Source of the DNA: Auanema rhodensis
Taxonomy: Eukaryota; Animalia; Nematoda
Direction: 5' to 3'
Assembly: GCA_964057225.1 (NCBI GenBank)
Contig: OZ059895.1
Coordinates: forward strand, 11,656,001-11,720,000
Length of the DNA: 64,000 nucleotides
The translations under genes were made by a program, and so were the position numbers. This document shows, in pieces, positions 1 to 11,400 of this stretch; positions within the stretch are counted from its first letter, which is position 1, and each line of letters begins with the position of its first letter. The notes under the pieces were generated by a model, which was given only the letters and a program-made list of their open reading frames with translations, made no database searches and was not told the DNA's origin.

Positions 1-718
1 TTACAGTTATAAACCAATAGTTAATGAACCATCATCTTACCTTTACTGTTTCTATCTATTTCCTATCGAAAGCAACTTTGTTCAAACACTATACAACTGT
101 GAAACCTTTTTTAATTTCTTGTATTTGGAGCTCATAAGATTTGATATCATAGAGGGATCCAGATAGAACGTGGACAATTACGTAACTAACATAAAATTGG
201 AAAAAACTATAACGAGGATAAGTATGTGAATCGTTGAATATCAGATATTTTCGCTTAGGACCATACCACGTTGAAAGTACGCAATGCCGCTGATTTTCAA
301 TTTTAACTCTTCTGTAACAAATGTTTTCAATTTTCAAGCAGTTTTACTTAGATAGCTCAACCCAAGGCAGCAAATTATCTTCAATCTTATTTCTATCTTA
401 CAGTTATAAACCAGTAGTGAATGAACCATCATCTTACCTTCACTGTTTCTATCTATTTCCTATCAAAACCAACTTTGTTCAAACACTATACAACTGAGAA
501 GCCTCTTTTAATTTCTTGTATTTGGAGTTCATAAGATTTGATATCATTGAGGGATCCAGATAGAACGTGGAAAATTACATAACTAACATGAAATTGGGAA
601 AAAATTATAACGAGGATAAGTATGTAAATCATTGAATATCAGATATTTTCGCTTAGGACCATACCACGTTAAAAGTACGGCATGCGGCTGATTTTCAATT
701 TTAACTCTTCTGTAACAA

Positions 719-1116
719 ATGTTTTCAATTTTCAAGCAGTTTTACTTAGATAGCTCAACCCAAGGCAGCAAATTATCTTCAATATTATTTCTATCTTACA
801 GTTATAAACCAATAGTTAATGAACCATCATCTTACCTTCACTGTTTCTATCTATTTCCTATCGAAAGCAACTTTGTTCAAACACTATACAACTGTGAAAC
901 CTTTTTTAATTTCTTGTATTTGGAGCTCATAAGATTTGATATCATCGAGGGATCCAGATAGAACGTGGAAAATTACATAACTAACATGAAATTGGGAAAA
1001 AATTATAACGAGGATAAGTATGTAAATCATTGAATATCAGATATTTTCGCTTAGGACCATACCACGTTAAAAGTACGGCATGCGGCTGATTTTCAATTTT
1101 AACTCTTTTGTAACAG
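719..1116 (+). repeat. Representative monomer (type A), 398 bp, ~31% GC, with single BamHI (GGATCC), SacI (GAGCTC), EcoRV (GATATC) and SphI (GCATGC) sites
   Basis: Read directly; the phase is set arbitrarily at atgttttcaatt. BamHI is present in nearly all monomers and lost in gggattta and gagagatcc variants. SacI and SphI are subtype-specific. Confidence 0.95.
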
Positions 1117-2070
1117 ATGTTTTCAATTTTCAAGCAGTTTTACTCAGATAGCTTAACCCAAGGCAGCAAATTATCTTCAATATTATTTCTATCTCCCAGT
1201 TATAAACCAATAGTTAATGAACCATCATCTTACCCTTACCGTTTCTATCTATTTCATATCGAAACCAACTTTGTTCAAAAACTATACAACTGTGAAACCT
1301 TTTTTAATTTCTTGTATTTGGAGCTCATAAGATTTGATATCATTAAGGGATCCAGATAGAACGTGGAAAATTACATAACTAACACGAAATTGGGAAAAAA
1401 TTATAACGAGGATAAGTATGTAAATCATTGAATATCAGATATTTTCGCTTACGACCATACCACGTTGAAAGTACGCCATGCCGCTGATTTTCAATTTTAA
1501 CTCTTCTGTAACGAATGTTTTCAATTTCCAAGCAGTTTTACTTAGAAAGCTCAACCCAAGGCAGCAAATTATCTTCAATATTATTTCTATCTTACAGTTT
1601 TAAACCATTAGTTAATAAACCATCATCTTACCCTTACCGTTTCTATATATTTCCTATCGAAACCAACTTTGTTCAAAAACTATACAACTGTGAAACCTTT
1701 CTTAATTTCTTGTATTTGGAGCTCATAAGATTTGATATCATTGAGGGATCCAGATAGAACGTAGAAAATTACATAACTACCATGAAATTGGGAAAAAATT
1801 GTAACGAGGATAAGTATGTAAATCATTGAATATCAGATATTTTCGCTTACGACCATACCACGTTGAAAGAATGCCATGCCGCTGATTTTCAATTTTAACT
1901 CTTCTGTAACGAATGTTTCCAATTTCCAAGCAGTTTTACTTAGAAAGCTCAACCCAAGGCAGCAAATTATCTTCAATATTATTTCTATCTTACAGTTTTA
2001 AACCATTAGTTAATGAACCATCATCTTACCTTTACTGTTTCTATCTATTTCCTATCGAAAGCAACTTCGC

Positions 2071-5000
2071 TCAAACACTATACAACTGTGAAACCTTTTT
2101 TAATTTCTTGTATTTGGAGCTCATAAGATTTGATATCATTGAGGGATTTAGATAGAACGTGGAAAATTACATAACTAACATGAAATTGGGAAAAAATTAT
2201 AACGAGGATAAGTATGTGAAACATTGAATATCAGATATTTTCGCTCAGGACCATACCACGTTAAAAGTACGGCATGCGGCTGATTTTCAATTTTAACTCT
2301 TCTGTAACAAATGTTTTCAATTTTCAAGCAGTTTTACTTAGATAGCTCAACCCAAGGCAGCAAATTATCTTCAATCTTATTTCTATCTCACAGTTATAAA
2401 CCAATAGTTAATAAACCATCATCTTACCCTTACCGTTTCTATCTATTTCCTATCAAAACCAACTTTGTTCAAACACTATACAACTGTGAAACCTTTTTTA
2501 ATTTCTTGTATTTGGAGCTCATAAGATTTGATATCATTGAGGGATCCAGATAGAACGTAGAAAATTACATAACTACCATGAAATTGGGAAAAAATTGTAA
2601 CGAGGATAAGTATGTAAATCATTGAATATCAGATATTTTCGCTTACGACCATACCACGTTGAAAGAATGCCATGCCGCTGATTTTCAATTTTAACTCTTC
2701 TGTAACGAATGTTTCCAATTTCCAAGCAGTTTTACTTAGAAAGCTCAACCCAAGGCAGCAAATTATCTTCAATATTATTTCTATCTTACAGTTATAAACC
2801 AATAGTTAATGAACCATCATCTTACCCTTACCGTTTCTATCTATTTCCTATCAAAACCAACTTTGTTCAAACACTATACAACTGTGAAACCTTTTTTAAT
2901 TTCTTGTATTTGGAGCTCATAAGATTTGATATCATTGAGGGATCCAGATAAAACGTGGAAAATTACATAACTAACATGAAATTGGGAAAAAATTATAAGG
3001 AGGATAAGTATGTAAATCATTGAATATCAGATATTTTCGCTTAGGACCATACCACGTTAAAAGTACGACATGCGGCTGATTTTCAATTTTAACTCTTCTG
3101 TAACAAATGTTTTCAATTTTCAAGCAGTTTTACTTAGATAGCTCAACCCAAGGCAGCAAATTATCTTCAATATTATTTCTATCTTACAGTTATAAACCAA
3201 TAGTTAATGAACCATCATCTTACCTTCACTGTTTCTATCTATTTCCTATCGAAAGCAACTTTGTTCAAACACTATACAACTGTGAAACCTTTTTTAATTT
3301 CTTGTATTTGGAGCTCATAAGATTTGATATCATCGAGGGATCCAGATAGAACGTGGAAAATTACATAACTAACATGAAATTGGGAAAAAATTATAACGAG
3401 GATAAGTATGTAAATCATTGAATATCAGATATTTTCGCTTAGGACCATACCACGTTAAAAGTACGGCATGCGGCTGATTTTCAATTTTAACTCTTTTGTA
3501 ACAGATGTTTTCAATTTTCAAGCAGTTTTACTCAGATAGCTCAACCCAAGGCAGCAAATTATCTTCAATATTATTTCTATCTTACAGTTATAAACCAATA
3601 GTTAATGAACTATCATCTTACCCTTACCGTTTCTATCTATTTCATATCGAAACCAACTTTGTTCAAAAACTATACAACTGTGAAACCTTTTTTAATTTCT
3701 TGTATTTGGAGCTCATAAGATTTGATATCATTAAGGGATCCAGATAGAACGTGGAAAATTACATAACTAACACGAAATTGGGAAAAAATTATAACGAGGA
3801 TAAGTATGTAAATCATTGAATATCAGATATTTTCGCTTACGACCATACCACGTTAAAAGTACGGCATGCGGCTGATTTTCAATTTTAACTCTTCTGTAAC
3901 AAATGTTTTCAATTTTCAAGCAGTTTTACTTAGATAGCTCAACCCAAGGCAGCAATTTATCTTCAATATTATTTCTATCTCACAGTTATAAACCAATAGT
4001 TAATGAACTATCATCTTACCCTTACCGTTTCTATCTATTTCATATCGAAACCAACTTTGTTCAAAAACTATACAACTGTGAAACCTTTTTTAATTTCTTG
4101 TATTTGGAGCTCATAAGATTTGATATCATTAAGGGATCCAGATAGAACGTGGAAAATTACATAACTAACACGAAATTGGGAAAAAATTATAACGAGGATA
4201 AGTATGTAAATCATTGAATATCAGATATTTTCGCTTACGACCATACCACGTTAAAAGTACGGCATGCGGCTGATTTTCAATTTTAACTCTTCTGTAACAA
4301 ATGTTTTCAATTTTCAAGCAGTTTTACTTAGATAGCTCAACCCAAGGCAGCAATTTATCTTCAATATTATTTCTATCTTACAGTTATAAACCAATAGTTA
4401 ATGAACCATCATCTTATCCTTACCGTTTCTATCTATTTCCTATCGAAACCAACTTTGTTCAAAAACTATACAACTGAGAAGCCTTTTTTAATTTCTTGTA
4501 TTTGGAGTTCATAAGATTTGATATCATCGAGGGATCCAGATAGAACGTGGAAAATTACATAACTAACATGAAATTGGGAAAAAATTATAACGAGGATAAG
4601 TATGTGAATCATTGAATATCAGATATTTTCGCTCAGGACCATACCACGTTAAAAGTACGGCATGCGGCTGATTTTCAATTTTAACTCTTCTGTAACAAAT
4701 GTTTTCAATTTTCAAGCAGTTTTACTTAGATACCTTAACCCAAGGCAGCGAGTTATCTTCAATATTATTTCTATCTTACAGTTATAAACCAATAGTTAAT
4801 GAACCATCATCTTACCTTCACTGTTTCTATCTATTTCCTATCGAAAGCAACTTTGTTCAAACACTATACAACTGTGAAACCTTTTTTAATTTCTTGTATT
4901 TGGAGCTCATAAGATTTGATATCATTGAGGGATTTAGATAGAACGTGGAAAATTACATAACTAACATGAAATTGGGAAAAAATTATAACGAGGATAAGTA

Positions 5001-6750
5001 TGTGAAACATTGAATATCAGATATTTTCGCTCAGGACCATACCACGTTAAAAGTACGGCATGCGGCTGATTTTCAATTTTAACTCTTCTGTAACAAATGT
5101 TTTCAATTTTCAAGCAGTTTTACTTAGATAGCTCAACCCAAGGCAGCAAATTATCTTCAATCTTATTTCTATCTCACAGTTATAAACCAATAGTTAATAA
5201 ACCATCATCTTACCCTTACCGTTTCTATCTATTTCCTATCAAAACCAACTTTGTTCAAACACTATACAACTGTGAAACCTTTTTTAATTTCTTGTATTTG
5301 GAGCTCATAAGATTTGATATCATTGAGGGATCCAGATAGAACGTAGAAAATTACATAACTACCATGAAATTGGGAAAAAATTGTAACGAGGATAAGTATG
5401 TAAATCATTGAATATCAGATATTTTCGCTTACGACCATACCACGTTGAAAGAATGCCATGCCGCTGATTTTCAATTTTAACTCTTCTGTAACGAATGTTT
5501 CCAATTTCCAAGCAGTTTTACTTAGAAAGCTCAACCCAAGGCAGCAAATTATCTTCAATATTATTTCTATCTTACAGTTATAAACCAATAGTTAATGAAC
5601 CATCATCTTACCCTTACCGTTTCTATCTATTTCCTATCAAAACCAACTTTGTTCAAACACTATACAACTGTGAAACCTTTTTTAATTTCTTGTATTTGGA
5701 GCTCATAAGATTTGATATCATTGAGGGATCCAGATAAAACGTGGAAAATTACATAACTAACATGAAATTGGGAAAAAATTATAAGGAGGATAAGTATGTA
5801 AATCATTGAATATCAGATATTTTCGCTTAGGACCATACCACGTTAAAAGTACGACATGCGGCTGATTTTCAATTTTAACTCTTCTGTAACAAATGTTTTC
5901 AATTTTCAAGCAGTTTTACTTAGATAGCTCAACCCAAGGCAGCAAATTATCTTCAATATTATTTCTATCTTACAGTTATAAACCAATAGTTAATGAACCA
6001 TCATCTTACCTTCACTGTTTCTATCTATTTCCTATCGAAAGCAACTTTGTTCAAACACTATACAACTGTGAAACCTTTTTTAATTTCTTGTATTTGGAGC
6101 TCATAAGATTTGATATCATCGAGGGATCCAGATAGAACGTGGAAAATTACATAACTAACATGAAATTGGGAAAAAATTATAACGAGGATAAGTATGTAAA
6201 TCATTGAATATCAGATATTTTCGCTTAGGACCATACCACGTTAAAAGTACGGCATGCGGCTGATTTTCAATTTTAACTCTTTTGTAACAGATGTTTTCAA
6301 TTTTCAAGCAGTTTTACTCAGATAGCTTAACCCAAGGCAGCAAATTATCTTCAATATTATTTCTATCTCACAGTTATAAACCAATAGTTAATGAACTATC
6401 ATCTTACCCTTACCGTTTCTATCTATTTCATATCGAAACCAACTTTGTTCAAAAACTATACAACTGTGAAACCTTTTTTAATTTCTTGTATTTGGAGCTC
6501 ATAAGATTTGATATCATTAAGGGATCCAGATAGAACGTGGAAAATTACATAACTAACACGAAATTGGGAAAAAATTATAACGAGGATAAGTATGTAAATC
6601 ATTGAATATCAGATATTTTCGCTTACGACCATACCACGTTAAAAGTACGGCATGCGGCTGATTTTCAATTTTAACTCTTCTGTAACAAATGTTTTCAATT
6701 TTCAAGCAGTTTTACTTAGATAGCTCAACCCAAGGCAGCAATTTATCTTC
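2071..6750 (+). repeat. Imperfect duplication at 2,786-bp (7-monomer) offset: ~2071-3970 repeated at ~4857-6750
   Basis: Offsets 2311/5097, 2709/5495, 3107/5893, 3505/6291. Shared rare variants: gggatttaga, ccagataaaacg, tataaggagg, gtacgacatg. Confidence 0.8.
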
Positions 6751-8404
6751 AATATTTTTTCTATCTTACAGTTATAAACCAATAGTTAATAAACCATCAT
6801 CTTACCCTTACCGTTTCTATCTATTTCCTATCGAAACCAACTTTGTTCAAAAACTATACAACTGTGAAACCTTTTTTAATTTCTTGTATTTGGAGCTCAT
6901 AAGATTTGATATCATTGAGGGATCCAGATAGAACGTAGAAAATTACATAACTACCATGAAATTGGGAAAAAATTGTAACCAGGATAAGTATGTAAATCAT
7001 TGAATATCAGATATTTCCGCTTACGACCATACCACGTTGAAAGAATGCCATGCCGCTGATTTTCAATTTTAACTCTTCTGTAACGAATGTTTTCAATTTC
7101 CAAGCAGTTTTACTTAGAAAGCTCAACCCAAGGCAGCAAATTATCTTCAATATTATTTCTATCTTACAGTTTTAAACCATTAGTTAATGAACCATCATCT
7201 TACCTTTACTATTTCTATCTATTTCCTATCAAAACCAACTTTGTTCAAACACTATACAACTGAGAAGCCTTTTTTAATTTCTTGTATTTGGAGTTCATAA
7301 GATTTGATATCATCGAGGGATCCAGATAGAACGTGGAAAATTACATAACTAACATGAAATTGGGAAAAAATTATAACGAGGATAAGTATGTGAATCATTG
7401 AATATCAGATATTTTCGCTCAGGACCATACCACGTTAAAAGTACGGCATGCGGCTGATTTTCAATTTTAACTCTTTTGTAACAGATGTTTTCAATTTTCA
7501 AGCAGTTTTACTCAGATACCTTAACCCAAGGCAGCAAATTATCTTCAATATTATTTCTATCTCACAGTTATAAACCAATAGTTAATGAACCATCATCTTA
7601 CCTTCACTGTTTCTATCTATTTCCTATCGAAAGCAACTTTGTTCAAACACTATACAACTGTGAAACCTTTTTTAATTTCTTGTATTTGGAGCTCATAAGA
7701 TTTGATATCATCGAGGGATCCAGATAGAACGTGGAAAATTACATAACTAACATGAAATTGGGAAAAAATGATAACGAGGATAAGTATGTAAATCATTGAA
7801 TATCAGATATTTTCGCTTAGGACCATACCACGTTAAAAGTACGGCATGCGGCTGATTTTCAATTTTAACTCTTTTGTAACAGATGTTTTCAATTTTCAAG
7901 CAGTTTTACTCAGATAGCTTAACCCAAGGCAGCAAATTATCTTCAATATTATTTCTATCTCACAGTTATAAACCAATAGTTAATGAACCATCATCTTACC
8001 CTTACCGTTTCTATCTATTTCATATCGAAACCAACTTTGTTCAAAAACTATACAACTGTGAAACCTTTTTTAATTTCTTGTATTTGGAGCTCATAAGATT
8101 TGATATCATTAAGGGATCCAGATAGAACGTGGAAAATTACATAACTAACACGAAATTGGGAAAAAATTATAACGAGAATAAGTATGTAAATCATTGAATA
8201 TCAGATATTTTCGCTTACGACCATACCACGTTGAAAGTACGCCATGCCGCTTATTTTCAATTTTAACTCTTCTGTAACAAATGTTTTCAATTTTCAAGCA
8301 GTTTTACTTAGATAGCTCAACCCAAGGCAGCAATTTATCTTCAATATTATTTCTATCTTACAGTTATAAACCAATAGTTAATAAACCATCATCTTACCCT
8401 TACC

Positions 8405-11400
8405 GTTTCTATCTATTTCCTATCGAAACCAACTTTGTTCAAAAACTATACAACTGTGAAACCTTTTTTAATTTCTTGTATTTGGAGCTCATAAGATTTG
8501 ATATCATTGAGGGATCCAGATAGAACGTAGAAAATTACATAACTACCATGAAATTGGGAAAAAGTTGTAACGAGGATAAGTATGTGAATCATTGAATATC
8601 AGATATTTTCGCTTACGACCATACCACGTTGAGAGAATGCCATGCCGCTGATTTTCAATTTTAACTCTTCTGTAACGAATGTTTTCAATTTTCAAGCAGT
8701 TTTACTCAGAAAGCTCAACCCAAGGCAGCAAATTATCTTCAATATTATTTCTATCTTACAGTTTTAAACCATTAGTTAATGAACCATCATCTTACCTTTA
8801 CTATTTCTATCTATTTCCTATCAAAACCAACTTTGTCCAAACACTATACAACTGAGAAGCCTTTTCTAATTTCTTGTATTTGGAGTTCATAAGATTTGAT
8901 ATCATTGAGGGATCCAGATAGAACGTGGAAAATTACATAACTAACATGAAATTGGGAAAAAATTATAACGAGGATAAGTATGTGAAACATTGAATATCAG
9001 ATATTTTCGCTTAGGACCATACGACGTTGAAAGTACGCCATGCCGCTGATTTTCAATTTTAACTCTTCTGTAACAAATGTTTTCAATTTCCAAGCAGTTT
9101 TTCTTAGATAGCTCAACCCAAGGCAGCAAATTATCTTCAATCTTATCTCTATCTTACAGTTATAAACCAGTAGTGAATGAACCATCATCTTACCTTCACT
9201 GTTTCTATCTATTTCCTATCAAAAGAAACATTGTTTAAACACTATACAACTGTGAAACCTTTTTTAATTTCTTGTATTTGGAGATCATAAGATTTGATAT
9301 CATTGAGGGATCCAGATAGAACGTGGAAAATTACGTAACTAACATGAAATTGGAAAAAATTATAACGAGGATAAGTATGTAAATCATTGAATATCAGATA
9401 TTTTCGCTTAGGACCATACCACGTTAAAAGTACGGCATGCGGCTGATTTTCAATTTTAACTCTTCTGTAACAAATGTTTTCAATTTTCAAGCAGTTTTAC
9501 TTAGATAGCTCAACCCAAGGCAGCAATTTATCTTCAATATTTTTTCTATCTTACAGTTATAAACCAATAGTTAATAAACCATCATCTTACCCTTACCGTT
9601 TCTATCTATCTCCTATCGAAACCAACTTTGTTCAAAAACTATACAACTGTGAAACCTTTTTTAATTTCTTGTATTTGGAGCTCATAAGATTTGATATCAT
9701 TGAGGGATCCAGATAGAACGTAGAAAATTACATAACTACCATGAAATTGGGAAAAAATTGTAACCAGGATAAGTATGTAAATCATTGAATATCAGATATT
9801 TTCGCTTACGACCATACCACGTTGAAAGAATGCCATGCCGCTGATTTTCAATTTTAACTCTTCTGTAACGAATGTTTTCAATTTCCAAGCAGTTTTACTT
9901 AGAAAGCTCAACCCAAGGCAGCAAATTATCTTCAATATTATTTCTATCTTACAGTTTTAAACCATTAGTTAATGAACCATCATCTTACCTTTACTATTTC
10001 TATCTATTTCCTATCAAAACCAACTTTGTTCAAACACTATACAACTGAGAAGCCTTTTTTAATTTCTTGTATTTGGAGTTCATAAGATTTGATATCATCG
10101 AGGGATCCAGATAGAACGTGGAAAATTACATAACTAACATGAAATTGGGAAAAAATTATAACGAGGATAAGTATGTGAATCATTGAATATCAGATATTTT
10201 CGCTCAGGACCATACCACGTTAAAAGTACGGCATGCGGCTGATTTTCAATTTTAACTCTTTTGTAACAGATGTTTTCAATTTTCAAGCAGTTTTACTCAG
10301 ATACCTTAACCCAAGGCAGCAAGTTATCTTCAATATTATTTCTATCTCACAGTTATAAACCAATAGTTAATGAACCATCATCTTATCCTTACCGTTTCTA
10401 TCTATTTCCTATCGAAACCAACTTTGTTCAAAAACTATACAACTGTGAAACCTTTTTTAATTTTTTTGTATTTGGAGCTCATAAGATTTGATAACATTGA
10501 GGGATCCAGATAGAACGTGGAAAATTACATAACTAACATGAAATTGGGAAAAAATTATAACGAGGATAAGTATGTAAATCATTGAATATCAGATATTTTT
10601 GCTTAGGACCATACCACGTTAAAAGTACGGCATGCGGCTGATTTTCAATTTTAACTCTTCTGTAACAAATGTTTTCAATTTTCAAGCAGTTTTACTTAGA
10701 TAGCTCAACCCAAGGCAGCAAATTATCTTCAATATTATTTCTATCTTACAGTTATAAACCAATAGTTAATGAACCATCATCTTACCTTCACTGTTTCTAT
10801 CTATTTGCTATCGAAAGCAACTTTGTTCAAACACTATACAACTGTGAAACCTTTTTTAATTTCTTGTATTTGGAGCTCATAAGATTTGATATCATCGAGG
10901 GATCCAGATAGAACGTGGAAAATTACATAACTAACATGAAATTGGGAAAAAATTATAACGAGGATAAGTATGTAAATCATTGAATATCAGATATTTTTGC
11001 TTAGGACCATACCACGTTAAAAGTACGGCATGCGGCTGATTTTCAATTTTAACTCTTCTGTAACAAATGTTTTCAATTTTCAAGCAGTTTTACTTAGATA
11101 GCTCAACCCAAGGCAGCAAATTATCTTCAATATTATTTCTATCTTGCAGTTATAAACCAATAGTTAATGAACCATCATCTTACCTTCACTGTTTCTATCT
11201 ATTTCCTATCGAAAGCAACTTTGTTCAAACACTATACAACTGTGAAACCTTTTTTAATTTCTTGTATTTGGAGCTCATAAGATTTGATATCATCGAGGGA
11301 TCCAGATAGAACGTGGAAAATTACATAACTAACATGAAATTGGGAAAAAATTATAACGAGGATAAGTATGTAAATCATTGAATATCAGATATTTTCGCTT

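Noticed and set aside
1051-1055. TTAGG telomeric motif
   Set aside because: It is a single, polymorphic pentamer per monomer and is not tandem.
1045-1062. CENP-B box (NTTCGNNNNANNCGGGN) at tttcgcttaggaccata
   Set aside because: Only the TTCG part matches; the conserved A and CGGG are absent.
719-1116. Monomer as a dimer of ~199-bp subunits
   Set aside because: I could see no alignment between the halves. Only short internal repeats exist (ttttcaatttt twice 30 bp apart; tttctatct twice). A sensitive self-alignment could revisit this.
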